Of a stretch of DNA of 64,000 nt, positions 11,914 through 22,540 are shown piece after piece. The DNA comes from Alphaproteobacteria bacterium (lineage in GTDB: Bacteria; Pseudomonadota; Alphaproteobacteria; Bin95), in the NCBI GenBank assembly GCA_963665325.3, contig CAXXWS020000003.1:672001-736000 (forward strand), read 5' to 3'. Below the pieces are notes generated by a model. The model saw only the letters and a list, made by a program, of their open reading frames with translations, ran no database searches and was not told where the DNA came from. Position 1 is the stretch's first letter, and each line of letters opens with the position of its first letter. The translations under genes were made by a program, and so were the position numbers.

Positions 11914-12377
11914 ACGAACTGCGCGAGCTTTACCAGGAGGTCATCCTCGACCACGGCCGCAATCCTCGCAATTTCCGCCGCATCGAGGACGCCGACGGCG
12001 AGGCCAGGGGCGACAACCCGCTCTGCGGCGACCGGGTGCATGTCTTCGTCAAGCTGGACGGAACGGGCGGGCTCGGCGACGTGGCCTTCCAGGGCCGCGG
12101 CTGCGCGATCTCGACGGCGTCGGCCTCGATGATGACCGAACTGCTGAAGGGGCGGAGCGAGGCGGAGGCCCGCCGGCTGTTCGAAGTGTTCCACGCCGTC
12201 TGCACGGACGAGGCGTTCGACCCGCTGGACGTGCCGGCGGAGTTCGAGGACGAGGCGGACCGGCTTCAGGTCATGGCGGGTGTGCGCCAGTTCCCGATGC
12301 GGGTAAAATGCGCGACGCTGCCGTGGCATACTTTCACGGCTGCGCTCGACGGCAAGCAGTCGGCGACAACGGAGTAG
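11910..12377 (+). CDS. sufU: SufU (NifU-like) sulfur-transfer protein
   Basis: LYQEVILDH, NPLCGD, GCAISTASAS, FPMRVKCATL.WH. Confidence 0.93.
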   Translation: MNELRELYQEVILDHGRNPRNFRRIEDADGEARGDNPLCGDRVHVFVKLDGTGGLGDVAFQGRGCAISTASASMMTELLKGRSEAEARRLFEVFHAVCTDEAFDPLDVPAEFEDEADRLQVMAGVRQFPMRVKCATLPWHTFTAALDGKQSATTE

Positions 12378-12394
12378 GCGGGGACAGGGCGACA

Positions 12395-12793
12395 ATGCAA
12401 GGGACCATGCCCTTCGAACAGTGGATGGGCGGCGAGCCGCTGCAGGAGTTCCGCGCCGAGGCGGGAGCGCCGCTGGAGCCTGGCTCGTCCATTGCGCCGC
12501 GCGAGAACCTCGTCGCAGCGCTCAAGACCGTGTACGATCCCGAGATTCCGGTGGACATTTACGAACTCGGCCTCATTTACGACCTTGAGCAGTCCGAGGA
12601 CGGGTCGGTGCGGGTCGAGATGAGCCTGACCGCGCCCGGCTGCCCGGTCGCCGGCGAGATGCCCGGTATGGTGGCGGACGCCGTGGCGGGCGTGCAGGGC
12701 GTCGGCGAAGTAGAGGTGCGGTTGGTGTGGGAGCCGGCATGGACCATGGAGCGCATGAGCGAAGAAGCCCGCCTCGCGCTCGACATGTGGTGA
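12395..12793 (+). CDS. sufT: SufT/DUF59 Fe-S assembly protein
   Basis: VYDPEIPVDIYELGLIY, SLTAPGCPVA, WEPAW...MSEEARLAL. Confidence 0.9.
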   Translation: MQGTMPFEQWMGGEPLQEFRAEAGAPLEPGSSIAPRENLVAALKTVYDPEIPVDIYELGLIYDLEQSEDGSVRVEMSLTAPGCPVAGEMPGMVADAVAGVQGVGEVEVRLVWEPAWTMERMSEEARLALDMW

Positions 12794-12809
12794 GGACAGG
12801 GAGGCCGAT

Positions 12810-13145
12810 ATGCCCGAGCCGATGATCCGGATGACGGACGCCGCCGCCGAGCGGGTGCGCCATCTCATGTCGCTTTCCGAAGAGCCCGCCGTCGGCCTGC
12901 GCGTCGGCGTGCGCACGCGCGGCTGCTCCGGCCTGTCCTACTCCGTCGAATATGCGCAAGAGCGCAAGCCCTACGAGGAGGCCATCGAGACGGGCGGCGT
13001 GACCGTCCTGATCGACCCGACCGCAGTCATGTTCCTGATCGGCTCGGTGATGGACTACAAGGAAGGCATGTTCGAATCCGGTTTCACCTTCGAGAACCCC
13101 AACGCCAAGGGCACCTGCGGCTGCGGCGAAAGCTTTCACGTCTGA
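12810..13145 (+). CDS. sufA: HesB/IscA/SufA A-type Fe-S carrier
   Basis: GCSGLSY, NPNAKGTCGCGESF. Confidence 0.92.
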   Translation: MPEPMIRMTDAAAERVRHLMSLSEEPAVGLRVGVRTRGCSGLSYSVEYAQERKPYEEAIETGGVTVLIDPTAVMFLIGSVMDYKEGMFESGFTFENPNAKGTCGCGESFHV

Positions 13146-13259
13146 CAGAACGCGAACAAGCGGGAGCCCTCTGCCGACGGCTTGCCGCCGGGACTTGAAC
13201 CGAACGGTCGCCGGAACGATATTGGCGGCTGGTACCGACAACGCTAACGGGGACCGCAA

Positions 13260-14021
13260 ATGGCCTTCGACAATCTGAGGACGACGGCGCGCGCCGGCGC
13301 CCGCACGACCGCCCGCACGACGGAACTCGATGCCGGTCTGCGCAAGCATATGCTCGGCATCTACAACTACATGGCTTCGGGCGTGCTGCTCACGGGCATC
13401 GTCGCCTATCTGGTGTTCACCATGGCCGTGGTGCAGGGGCCGGGCGGCCAGATGGCGCTGACCCAGTTCGGGCAGGCGATCTACCTCTCGCCGCTCAAAT
13501 GGGTGCTGATGCTCTCGCCGCTGGCCTTCATCCTGGTGTTGAGCTTTGGCCTCCAGCGTTTGAGCGCGACCGCGACCCAGGGCCTTTTCTGGGCGTTCTG
13601 CGCGCTCATGGGTGCGAGCATCAGCTCGATCTTCCTGGCCTATACGGGCGTCAGCATCGCGCGGGTGTTCTTCATCACCGCGGCCGCCTTCGCGGGCCTC
13701 AGCCTCTACGGCTACACGACGAAGCGCGACCTGTCGGGGATGCGCTCCTTCCTGGTGATGGGGCTGATCGGCATCATCATCGCGTCGCTCGTCAACATCT
13801 TCCTCGCCTCGAGCGCGCTCCAGTTCGCCGTGTCGGTGATCGGCGTGTTGGTCTTCGCAGGCTTCACCGCCTACGACACGCAGCGCATCAAGAGCGAGTA
13901 CTATCACGGCTACGACGCCGCCACGATGGCCAAGAAGTCGGTGATGGACGCGCTGTCGCTCTATCTGAGCTTCATCAACATGTTCCTGCTGCTGCTGCAC
14001 CTGTTCGGCAGCAGGGAGTAG
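13260..14021 (+). CDS. Bax inhibitor-1/YccA family membrane protein
   Basis: DAGLRKHMLGIYNYM, about 7 TM helices, YGYTTKRDLS, TAYDTQRIK, ALSLY..FINMF. Confidence 0.93.
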   Translation: MAFDNLRTTARAGARTTARTTELDAGLRKHMLGIYNYMASGVLLTGIVAYLVFTMAVVQGPGGQMALTQFGQAIYLSPLKWVLMLSPLAFILVLSFGLQRLSATATQGLFWAFCALMGASISSIFLAYTGVSIARVFFITAAAFAGLSLYGYTTKRDLSGMRSFLVMGLIGIIIASLVNIFLASSALQFAVSVIGVLVFAGFTAYDTQRIKSEYYHGYDAATMAKKSVMDALSLYLSFINMFLLLLHLFGSRE

Positions 14022-14022
14022 A

Positions 14023-14331
14023 TCAGAGGCCGACTCTCACCGTTCCCGCGTCGTCGATCACCGGGCGCTTCACCAGGGCCGGATGCGCCAGCATCAGGCC
14101 CTGCGCCCGGCCGGCGTCGAGCCCCGCCTTCTCGGCGTCGTCGAGTGCCCGCCAGGTCGTGCTGCGCCGGTTGAGCAGCGCCTCCCAGCCGAGCGCGCCG
14201 ATCCAGCGGTCCAGCATGGCGGCGTCCAGCCCGTCCTCGCGCAGGTCGTGGAACCGGTGCTCGCGGTCCGCCAGCGCCTTCCGCGCCTTGCGGCAGGCAT
14301 CGCAGTTCTTCAGGCCATAGACGGTCAGCAT
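14023..14331 (-). CDS. ArsC/Spx/YffB family protein
   Basis: YGLKNCDACRKA, LLNRRSTTWR, HPALVKRPV; GGAG SD before ATG 14331. Confidence 0.9.
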   Translation of the reverse strand: MLTVYGLKNCDACRKARKALADREHRFHDLREDGLDAAMLDRWIGALGWEALLNRRSTTWRALDDAEKAGLDAGRAQGLMLAHPALVKRPVIDDAGTVRVGL

Positions 14332-14440
14332 GAGGCGCCTCTCCTGTACGGACGGATTTGCGATAGTCGCACGGGCTTTCCCGGATCGGAAGCGGCGGAA
14401 GGGCCCCTGAATATGCCCATCAGCGCCGAGGAGACCGCCC

Positions 14441-15322
14441 ATGCAGGGTCCTGAAAGCCACTCCTATTTCTCCCAGCGCCTGCGCTTGCACTATGTCGAT
14501 TGGGGCAATCCGGACGCGCCGCCGCTGTTGCTGATCCACGGCGGACGGGACCATTGCCGCAATTGGGACTGGGTGGCCGAGGCGCTCCGGAACGACTACC
14601 GCATCGTCGCCCCGGACCTGCGCGGCCACGGCGACAGTTCCTGGTTCGTCGGCGGCGCCTACGCGATGGCGGATTATGTCTATGACATCGCGCAGCTCGT
14701 CCATCAGAAACAGCTCGCCCCGGTCACCGTCATCGGCCACTCGCTCGGCGGCTCCGTCGCGCTCCACTATGCCGGCGTCTATCCGGAGACGGTGAAGGCG
14801 CTGGTCGCCATAGAAGGGCTCGGGGCCTCGCCCGCGCAGATCGAGGCCCGCAACGCCCGTCCCATCGACGACCGGCTGCGGGAGTGGATCGACACGCAGC
14901 GCGGCCTCTCCGGCCGGCTGCCGCGCCGCTACGACTCGCTGGAAGACGCCTACAGGCGGATGCAGGAGGCCAATCCCCACCTGACCGAGGCCCAGGCGCG
15001 GCACCTCACCGTCCACGGGGCGAACCAGAACGAGGACGGCACCTATAGCTGGAAGTTCGACAATTACAGCCGCGCCGACCGCCCCGTCGGCATCTATCCG
15101 GAGGAGAGCTTCCGACTCTGGTCGCGGATAAGCTGCCCGACGCTTCTTGTGCGCGGCCTCGAAAGTTGGGTCGGCAACCCGGAGGAGGACGGGCGCGCCG
15201 CCCATTTCCGCGATGCCCGCTTCGTCGATGTCGCCGGCGCCGGCCACTGGGTGCATCACGACCGGCTGGAGCATTTCCTTGGCCTTGTGCGCGGCTTCCT
15301 TGCGGAGGCGGAGGCGGCCTGA
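14441..15322 (+). CDS. Alpha/beta hydrolase
   Basis: HGGRDH, DLRGHGDS, GHSLGG nucleophile elbow, GAGHWVHHD. Confidence 0.9.
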   Translation: MQGPESHSYFSQRLRLHYVDWGNPDAPPLLLIHGGRDHCRNWDWVAEALRNDYRIVAPDLRGHGDSSWFVGGAYAMADYVYDIAQLVHQKQLAPVTVIGHSLGGSVALHYAGVYPETVKALVAIEGLGASPAQIEARNARPIDDRLREWIDTQRGLSGRLPRRYDSLEDAYRRMQEANPHLTEAQARHLTVHGANQNEDGTYSWKFDNYSRADRPVGIYPEESFRLWSRISCPTLLVRGLESWVGNPEEDGRAAHFRDARFVDVAGAGHWVHHDRLEHFLGLVRGFLAEAEAA

Positions 15323-15344
15323 CGAATCGTGATAGCCTGACCCC

Positions 15345-17531
15345 ATGGACGACGCCCTGCCTGCTGTTTCTGCCGTCGAGCCGGCCTGGCTCGCCGGTCT
15401 GAATCCGCCGCAGCGCGAGGCGGTCGAGACGCTGGAGGGGCCGCTGCTGGTGCTCTCCGGCGCGGGCACCGGCAAGACGCGGGTGCTGACCGCGAGGCTG
15501 GCCCAGCTGCTGTCCGAGCGTCGGGCATGGCCCAGCCAGATTCTCGCCGTCACCTTCACCAACCGGGCGGCGCGGGAAATGCGCGAGCGGGTGGACGCGC
15601 TGATCGGCGGGATGAGCGAGGGTCTTTGGCTCGGCACCTTCCACGCGCTCGGCCTGCGTATATTGCGCCGCCATCCTGAGCTGGTGGGCCTCAGGCCGTC
15701 CTTCTCGATCCTTGACCCGGACGACCAGGAACGGCTCCTCAAGCAGGTGCTGGCGGACGCGAATGTGGATGCGAAGCACTGGCCGGCGCGCCAGCTTTCA
15801 ACCATCGTCCAGCGCTGGAAGGACAAGGGGTGGCGCCCGGACCAGGTGCCGGCCCACGAGGCGGGCAGCTTCGCCAACGGCCGCGCGCCGGCGCTCTACG
15901 AGGCCTACCAGGAGCGGCTCGAACAGCTCAACGCCGTCGATTTCGGCGACCTTCTGCTCCACAACCTGACGATCTTCCAGCGCGACGCGGAGGTGCTGGC
16001 GCAATATCAGGAACGGTTCCGCTACATCCTTGTGGACGAATACCAGGACACCAATGTCGCCCAGTATCTCTGGCTCCGCCTGCTCGCCCAGCGCCGCCGC
16101 AATATCTGCTGCGTCGGCGACGACGACCAGTCGATCTATGGCTGGCGCGGGGCGGAGGTCGGCAACATCCTGCGCTTCGAGAACGACTTCGAGGGCGCCA
16201 GGATCGTCCGGCTGGAACAGAATTACCGCTCGACCGGCGACATTCTGGGCGCCGCCTCCGGGCTGATCGCCAATAATCGCGGCCGGCTCGGCAAGACGCT
16301 CTGGACGACCCGCGAGGACACCCGCCCGATCACCGTCCACACCGTTCCCGACGGGGAAGCGGAGGCGCGGCTTGTCGGCGGGGAAATCGAGGCGCTGCAA
16401 CGCGCCGGGACCGGCCTCGGACAGATGGCGGTGCTGGTGCGCGCGTCCTTCCAGATGCGCGCCTTCGAGGAGCGCTTCGTCGCGCTCGGGCTGAATTACC
16501 GGGTCATCGGCGGCCCGCGCTTCTACGAGCGCCGCGAGGTGAGGGACGCCGTCGCCTATCTGCGCGCCGTCCTGTTCCCCGAGGACGACCTTGCCTTCGA
16601 GCGGATCGTCAACCTGCCGAAACGCGGCATCGGCGACGCCACCCTGCAGCCGGTGCATCGGCTCGCCCGCGCCGAGCGGATTCCGCTTTCCGAAGCCGCC
16701 CGCCGGGTGGTCGAGACGGAAGAGTTGAAGGTCCGCGCGCGTAATATGCTGGCAGGCTTCTGCCGCGCCATCGACGGCTGGCGCGCCCGGCTCGGCAGCG
16801 AGCCCCATGCAGACCTTGCGGACGCGATTCTCGAAGAGAGCGGCTACCGCGAGATGTGGCGGAAGGACAAGGGGCTCGACGCGCCCGGCCGGCTGGAGAA
16901 TCTGGGCGAGCTCGTGCAGCAGATTGCCCGGTTCGACGCCCTCGAGGAGTTTCTGGACCATGTCTCCCTGGTGATGGAGGCCGAGGGCGGCAGCGAGGCC
17001 GAAAGCGTCTCGCTGATGACGCTGCACGGCGCCAAGGGGCTCGAATTCGACATCGTGTTCCTGCCCGGATGGGAGGAAGGCCTGTTCCCGCACCAGCGCG
17101 CCATGGACGAGAACGGTCTTGCCGGGCTGGAGGAGGAGCGCCGCCTCGCCTATGTCGGCATCACCCGCGCCCGCCGGCATGTCACCATCACCTCCGCCAT
17201 GAGCCGCATGGTCATGGGGCGGTGGCTCAGCCCCCTGCCGTCCCGCTTCATCGACGAGTTGCCGGACGAGCATGTGGAGCGGCAAACGGATACCGGTTTC
17301 GGCGAGGCCCCCGCCTGGCGCTACGGCGCGGGCACCGGGCGCGTGATCGATGCGCCTGCCTGGGAAGTCGCCCCCCGCCCGGATCGCACCGGCCAATTCG
17401 AGGTCGGCCAGCGTGTATTCCATAACAAATTCGGCTACGGGGCCGTGCGCGCCATCGACCGCGAAAAGCTGACCGTCGCCTTCGAGACCGGCGACAAGAA
17501 AGTGGTTGGCAGCTTCGTAGAGCCCGCCTGA
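15345..17531 (+). CDS. uvrD: UvrD/PcrA ATP-dependent DNA helicase
   Basis: GAGTGKT, TFTNRAA, VDEYQD, VGDDDQSIY, LEQNYRS, EEERRLAYV, C-terminal Tudor-like RVFHNKFG. Confidence 0.96.
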   Translation: MDDALPAVSAVEPAWLAGLNPPQREAVETLEGPLLVLSGAGTGKTRVLTARLAQLLSERRAWPSQILAVTFTNRAAREMRERVDALIGGMSEGLWLGTFHALGLRILRRHPELVGLRPSFSILDPDDQERLLKQVLADANVDAKHWPARQLSTIVQRWKDKGWRPDQVPAHEAGSFANGRAPALYEAYQERLEQLNAVDFGDLLLHNLTIFQRDAEVLAQYQERFRYILVDEYQDTNVAQYLWLRLLAQRRRNICCVGDDDQSIYGWRGAEVGNILRFENDFEGARIVRLEQNYRSTGDILGAASGLIANNRGRLGKTLWTTREDTRPITVHTVPDGEAEARLVGGEIEALQRAGTGLGQMAVLVRASFQMRAFEERFVALGLNYRVIGGPRFYERREVRDAVAYLRAVLFPEDDLAFERIVNLPKRGIGDATLQPVHRLARAERIPLSEAARRVVETEELKVRARNMLAGFCRAIDGWRARLGSEPHADLADAILEESGYREMWRKDKGLDAPGRLENLGELVQQIARFDALEEFLDHVSLVMEAEGGSEAESVSLMTLHGAKGLEFDIVFLPGWEEGLFPHQRAMDENGLAGLEEERRLAYVGITRARRHVTITSAMSRMVMGRWLSPLPSRFIDELPDEHVERQTDTGFGEAPAWRYGAGTGRVIDAPAWEVAPRPDRTGQFEVGQRVFHNKFGYGAVRAIDREKLTVAFETGDKKVVGSFVEPA

Positions 17532-17549
17532 GCGAGGACAACAACGCCG

Positions 17550-18335
17550 ATGACCGGACCTGCCGTTCTGGAGCGCCGCGAAGGCGCCATTGCCGTCGTG
17601 ACGCTGAACCGCCCGCAGGCGTTGAATGCGCTCGACCTGGAGATGCGGGACCTGCTGCCGCGTGTGCTGAACGCGCTGAACGACGACGATTCGGTGCGGG
17701 CGGCAGTGTTGACCGGCGCCGGCGAGCGCGCCTTTTCCGCCGGGCAGGACCTGAACGACTCCGCCGGCTTCGACGAGAAGACCGTGCAGGAACATTTCCT
17801 GCATCTGGGCGCGCTCTACCAGTCCGTGCGGGCGCTGGAAAAGCCCATCGTCGTGGCGCTCAACGGGCTCGCTGCCGGGTTCGGCCTCCAGACCGCGCTT
17901 CATGCCGATATCCGCATCGCCCATCCCGGGGTGCGCATGGGCCAGCCGGAGGTGCGCGCAGGCATTCCGAGCGTCGTCGGCCCCTTCATCATCGAGCGCG
18001 TTGTCGGCCATGCCCGCGCGGTCGAGCTTTCGCTCACCGGGCGGCTGCTGGACGCCGAGACCTGCCTCGCCTGGGGCCTGGTCAATGAGATCGTCCCGCC
18101 GGAGCGCGTAATGCCGCGGGCGATGGAACTTGCCGGGGAACTGGCGACCCTGCCGCCGCTCGCCGTCCGGCTGACCAAGCGCCGCCTGCTGGAACGCACG
18201 CAGTCCGGATACGACGAGACCGTGCAGGCCGCGATGCGCTTCCAGGAAGCCGCCTATCTCGACGGCGAGCCGCAGCGCGTCGCAGCCGCCTTTTTCGAGG
18301 AGCGGGCGCGAAGACGCAACAGGGGGAATGCGTGA
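17550..18335 (+). CDS. Enoyl-CoA hydratase/isomerase family protein
   Basis: TLNRPQALNAL, AFSAGQDL, KPIVVALNG.A.G.G, QPEVRAG. Confidence 0.9.
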   Translation: MTGPAVLERREGAIAVVTLNRPQALNALDLEMRDLLPRVLNALNDDDSVRAAVLTGAGERAFSAGQDLNDSAGFDEKTVQEHFLHLGALYQSVRALEKPIVVALNGLAAGFGLQTALHADIRIAHPGVRMGQPEVRAGIPSVVGPFIIERVVGHARAVELSLTGRLLDAETCLAWGLVNEIVPPERVMPRAMELAGELATLPPLAVRLTKRRLLERTQSGYDETVQAAMRFQEAAYLDGEPQRVAAAFFEERARRRNRGNA

Positions 18336-19150
18336 TGGGGAAGGGCCGGATCGGGACAGTCGAGCGGGACGGGGCGCGGACCGTCTATGAGGTGCATGGC
18401 GATGCGGATGGAGCCGCGCTGCTCTTCGGCCATGCGCAGATCCTCTCGCGCGCCCAGTACGCGCCGCAGATCGAAGCCTTCGCGGGCCGCTACCGGGTAA
18501 TCGCGCTGGACTTTCGCGGTCACGGCGCGAGCCCGGTCGGTCCTGCGTCCTACAGGATGGAAGACCTGGCGCTCGACGCGGTTGCGGTTTTGGACGCGGA
18601 GGGTATCGACCGGGCCCATTATCTGGGTTCCTCGCTGGGCGGCATGGTCGGTTTTGCGCTTGCCGTGGAACACGCGTCGCGCCTGGCGAGCGTGACCTTC
18701 CTCGCAACCCAGGGCGTGCTGCCGGCCGCCAATGGCGAGCGGATTCGAAGGACCGCCGCCCGCATCGCCGCAGAGGGCGACAGCATGGCGCCGGCCGCCG
18801 AGGAAATCATGGCCCGCTACACGACCGAAGCCTGGCGCACCGACAACCCGGCCAGCCATGCACGGCTGATCGAAATCGCTTCCGCCAACCCGCTCGCGGG
18901 TTATGTCCATTCGGGCGGCGCCATCATGGACATGGACTTTGACGGTCGGCTCGGCGAGATCGAGGTGCCCACGCTGGTCGTTGCGGGCGAGCACGACGTG
19001 CCGACCCCGCCAGAACGGATGGCGCTCTACCGCGACGAAATCCGGGGCGCGGAAATGGCGGTGATCGAGGGCGCGGGCCACTTCCCCAATTGGGACCGGG
19101 CCGAGGCGTTCAACCGCGTCTATGCGGAGTTCCTGAACCGGGCCGGTTGA
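18332..19150 (+). CDS. Alpha/beta hydrolase (PcaD-like enol-lactonase fold)
   Basis: DFRGHGAS, GSSLGG, GEHD..TP, GAGHFPN. Confidence 0.8.
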   Translation: MMGKGRIGTVERDGARTVYEVHGDADGAALLFGHAQILSRAQYAPQIEAFAGRYRVIALDFRGHGASPVGPASYRMEDLALDAVAVLDAEGIDRAHYLGSSLGGMVGFALAVEHASRLASVTFLATQGVLPAANGERIRRTAARIAAEGDSMAPAAEEIMARYTTEAWRTDNPASHARLIEIASANPLAGYVHSGGAIMDMDFDGRLGEIEVPTLVVAGEHDVPTPPERMALYRDEIRGAEMAVIEGAGHFPNWDRAEAFNRVYAEFLNRAG

Positions 19151-19284
19151 CGGCCCCGGCGGTGGACTCCTTTCGCGCGGCTTGCTAGAGCGTTGCCGCT
19201 ATGGACGGAACCGTTCCTGTCTCATTCTTTGCCGGCTGCGGCGGCTCGCCGTCCCCCGCGAATACCCCATAGGCGCGGGCCCTC

Positions 19285-20274
19285 ATGCCGACTGCGCAGA
19301 AACCGCTCGTCATCGTCACGCGCAAGCTCCCCGACGCGGTGGAAACCCGCATGATGGAGCTGTTCCGCACCGAACTGAACGACAGCGACCGGCAGATGGA
19401 CCGGGAGGAGCTGTTCGAAGCCATGGGCCGGGCGGACGCGCTGGTGCCGACGGTGACCGACCGGATCGACGCAGAGTGCCTGGAGGCCGCCGGCCCGCAG
19501 CTCAAATTGCTCGCGAGCTTCGGCGCAGGCGTGGACCATATCGACCTGGCGGCCGCGCACGAACGGGGCATTGCGGTCACCAACACGCCCGGCGTGCTGA
19601 CCGGCGATACGGCCGACATGACGATGGCGCTGATCCTGTCGGTTTCGCGCCGGCTCGCGGAGGGGGAGCGCCTGGTGCGGACCGGCGGCTGGGTCGGCTG
19701 GGCGCCGACCGCGCTTCTCGGCCACCGGATTTACGGCAAGCGGCTCGGCATTGTCGGCATGGGCCGGATCGGGGCTGCGGTTGCGCGGCGCGCCCGCGGC
19801 TTCGGCATTTCGATCCACTACCATAACCGCCGTCGCACGGACCCGGATATCGAGGCCGAACTGGAGGCCACCTACTGGGAGAGCCTCGACCAGATGCTGG
19901 CGCGCATGGATATCGTGTCGATCAACTGCCCGCGCACGCCGGCGACCTACCACCTGCTGTCGCGCCGCCGCCTCGCGCTGATGAAGCCGCACGCCTATAT
20001 CGTCAACACTTCGCGCGGCGAGGTGATCGACGAACCGGCGCTGGTGGACGCCCTGCTTGCCGGCAAGCTCGCCGGCGCGGCCCTGGACGTGTTCGAGCGC
20101 GAGCCCGCCATCGACCCGAAGCTGCGCGACCTCGACAATGTGGTGCTGCTGCCGCACATGGGCTCGGCCACGCTGGAAGGCCGCCTGGAGATGGGCGAGC
20201 GGGTGATCGTCAACATCAAGGCCTTCGTGGACGGCCACCAGCCGCCGGACCGCGTGCTGGAACAGTTCTTCTGA
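19285..20274 (+). CDS. D-2-hydroxyacid dehydrogenase (glyoxylate/glycerate reductase)
   Basis: TNTPGVLT, GMGRIG, NTSRGEVID, LDVFEREP, PHMGSAT. Confidence 0.92.
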   Translation: MPTAQKPLVIVTRKLPDAVETRMMELFRTELNDSDRQMDREELFEAMGRADALVPTVTDRIDAECLEAAGPQLKLLASFGAGVDHIDLAAAHERGIAVTNTPGVLTGDTADMTMALILSVSRRLAEGERLVRTGGWVGWAPTALLGHRIYGKRLGIVGMGRIGAAVARRARGFGISIHYHNRRRTDPDIEAELEATYWESLDQMLARMDIVSINCPRTPATYHLLSRRRLALMKPHAYIVNTSRGEVIDEPALVDALLAGKLAGAALDVFEREPAIDPKLRDLDNVVLLPHMGSATLEGRLEMGERVIVNIKAFVDGHQPPDRVLEQFF

Positions 20275-20302
20275 GGCGGCGCGGCCGGGACGCCGCCAGG
20301 CG

Positions 20303-20623
20303 CTACTCCGCCATGACCTGCGCCTTGGCCTCCTGGAGCAGTTCGTCCATGCGGTTGCGCAGGCGCCGGGCGTCGGTCTCTATGCCCTGCGCCTCGAGAT
20401 CGGCCAGCACCTTCTCCAGCACATCCTCGTCGCCGGGACGCTCGAAATCGGACTCAACCACGGTGCGGCTGTATGCTTTCAGGTCCTCGCCTTCGAGCCC
20501 CCATTGGGCGCCCGCCCACTCGCCGAACAGCCGGTTGCGCCGGGCCTGCACCTTGAAGCGCAACTCCTCGTCGTGGCTGTATTTGGTCTCGAACTGCTTT
20601 TCGCGGTCTGCGAAGGTCGCCAT
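20303..20623 (-). CDS. DUF1476 / F1Fo-ATPase inhibitor zeta subunit
   Basis: MATFADREKQFETKYSHDEELRFK..ARRNRL.G.WA, matching the alphaproteobacterial zeta subunit N-terminus. Confidence 0.9.
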   Translation of the reverse strand: MATFADREKQFETKYSHDEELRFKVQARRNRLFGEWAGAQWGLEGEDLKAYSRTVVESDFERPGDEDVLEKVLADLEAQGIETDARRLRNRMDELLQEAKAQVMAE

Positions 20624-20703
20624 GCGGGTCGTCCCCCTGCTGCTTGGTCGGGCGGGTTGCGGGCGATATATAGCCAGTCTCGCCTCGGAATTGCATAGCC
20701 TCC

Positions 20704-21453
20704 ATGTGTACTGTCGTCCTGCTCCGCAGGCCCGGCCATGCCTGGCCCGCGATTATCGCCGCGAATCGCGACGAAGCGGTGAACCGCCCCTGGCGGCCGC
20801 CGGCCCGCCACTGGCCTGACCGGCCGGGCGTGCTCGCCGGCCTCGACGAGGAGGCAGGCGGCAGCTGGATGGGGCTGAACGAGGCGGGCGTCATGGCGGC
20901 CATCCTCAACCGGCGCGGTTCGCTCGGCCCCGCCACCGGCAAGCGCACGCGCGGCGCGCTGGTGCTGGAGGCGCTCGACCACGACACTGCCGGCGCGGCG
21001 GCAGCGGCCATGGCGCAGGTGGACGGAAGCGCCTATCGCAGCTTCAACATGCTCATCGCCGACCGGGAAGACGCCTTTTGGATCCGGCATGCGGGCGGGC
21101 GCGGCGTATCGGCGCAGCCTGTCGGCGCCGGCCTGTCCATGCTGACCGCATGGGACCTCAACGACCGCATAAACTCCGACCGCACCGATTGTTACCTGCC
21201 CCGCTTCGAGGCCGCTCGTCCCCCGGACCCGCATGCCCCGGACGGCTGGACGGATTGGGAGACACTGCTCGCTTCTGAGGAAACCGCGCCCGGCGTTTTC
21301 GATCCCAACGGCGCCATGCATGTGCGCACCGACTGGGGCTTCGGCACGGTCTCGCGCGCCCTGCTCGCCCTCCCGGCGGACGGAAATACCGCGCCGGTCT
21401 GGCGTTTCGCCAGCACCTGGCCTGAAACCGGCGGTTACGTGGAGCTTCATTGA
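20704..21453 (+). CDS. NRDE/TANGO2 family protein
   Basis: N-terminal MC, AANRDE, D..AGGSWMG.N, RG.LV, FN, FGTVS. Confidence 0.9.
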   Translation: MCTVVLLRRPGHAWPAIIAANRDEAVNRPWRPPARHWPDRPGVLAGLDEEAGGSWMGLNEAGVMAAILNRRGSLGPATGKRTRGALVLEALDHDTAGAAAAAMAQVDGSAYRSFNMLIADREDAFWIRHAGGRGVSAQPVGAGLSMLTAWDLNDRINSDRTDCYLPRFEAARPPDPHAPDGWTDWETLLASEETAPGVFDPNGAMHVRTDWGFGTVSRALLALPADGNTAPVWRFASTWPETGGYVELH

Positions 21454-21545
21454 GAATAGGCGCCGGGCTTGCTATATCGGATTCGGCGACCCGCAGGCCC
21501 GGCGCTTTGCCGGTCTTCCGTCGGGGCGGCACTCGGTGAACATCC

Positions 21546-22304
21546 ATGGCAAGACGTAAACGCATCTACGAAGGCAAGGCCAAAGTTCTTTACGAAGGCC
21601 CCGAGCCCGGAACGCTCGTCCAGTATTTCAAGGACGATGCGACTGCCTTCAACAACCGCAAGAAAGCCACGATCTCCGGCAAGGGGGTACTCAACAACCG
21701 CATTTCCGAATATCTGATGGTCCGGCTCCAGGAGATGGGCATCCCGACCCATTTCGTGCGCCGGCTGAACATGCGCGAGCAGCTGATCCGCGAGGTCGAG
21801 ATCATCCCGGTCGAGGTGGTTGTGCGGAACATCGCCGCCGGATCGCTGGCCAAGCGCTTCAAGATCGACGAGGGCACGCCGCTGCCGAGGTCCATCGTCG
21901 AGTATTATTTCAAGAACGACGAGCTCGACGACCCGATGGTCACGGAGGAGCACATCACCGCCTTCGGCTGGGCCTCGCCGCAGGACCTCGACGACATTTT
22001 CAACCTGGCGCTCAGGGTCAACGACTATCTGAGCGGGCTGTTCCTGGGCGCGGGCCTCCGTCTGGTCGATTTCAAGGTGGAGTTCGGGCGCCTCTACACC
22101 CAGGAGGATGTGCGGATCGTCCTGGCCGACGAGATCAGCCCGGACAGTTGCCGGCTCTGGGACCTGCAGACGAACGAGGTGCTCGACAAGGACCGGTTCC
22201 GCCGCGATATGGGCGATGTCGCGGAGGCTTATCGCGAGGTAGCCCGGCGCCTCGGCATCCTGCAGGAAAACAACGTCGAACCCTTGCCGAAGGCGAGCGC
22301 GTGA
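21546..22304 (+). CDS. purC: SAICAR synthetase
   Basis: [45 protein letters not shown]. Confidence 0.98.
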   Translation: MARRKRIYEGKAKVLYEGPEPGTLVQYFKDDATAFNNRKKATISGKGVLNNRISEYLMVRLQEMGIPTHFVRRLNMREQLIREVEIIPVEVVVRNIAAGSLAKRFKIDEGTPLPRSIVEYYFKNDELDDPMVTEEHITAFGWASPQDLDDIFNLALRVNDYLSGLFLGAGLRLVDFKVEFGRLYTQEDVRIVLADEISPDSCRLWDLQTNEVLDKDRFRRDMGDVAEAYREVARRLGILQENNVEPLPKASA

Positions 22305-22540
22305 AGGCTCGGGTGCTGGTCATGCCCCGCGCCGGCGTGCTGGACCCGCAGGGCAAGGCGGTTGCGCAGGCGCTGGCGGGGCTGGGCTTCGCGGGTGTGG
22401 AGGCGGCGCGGCAGGGCAAGGTGCTCGAGCTGGAGCTTGCGGAAACCGATCCGGCCGCGGCCGAGGCTGCGCTTGCGTCCATGTGCGAACGCCTGCTCGC
22501 CAACCCGGTTATCGAGGATTACACGATCGAGATCGCATGA
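22301..22540 (+). CDS. purS: FGAM synthase subunit PurS
   Basis: GTG start; [27 protein letters not shown]. Confidence 0.95.
   Translation: MKARVLVMPRAGVLDPQGKAVAQALAGLGFAGVEAARQGKVLELELAETDPAAAEAALASMCERLLANPVIEDYTIEIA

Noticed and set aside
13194-13223. RpoH-like promoter (CTTGAA…CGATAT) upstream of the BI-1/YccA gene
   Set aside because: Plausible, but the -10 match is weak and cannot be supported from sequence alone.
15798-18707. Very long antisense or alternative-frame ORFs (e.g. 969 aa here; also 2542-4839, 23460-25643, 33811-36042, 40800-43121, 51855-53969)
   Set aside because: They shadow well-supported genes, have Arg/Ala/Gly/Pro-rich or antisense-codon composition and show no motifs. 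Such ORFs are expected in high-GC DNA.
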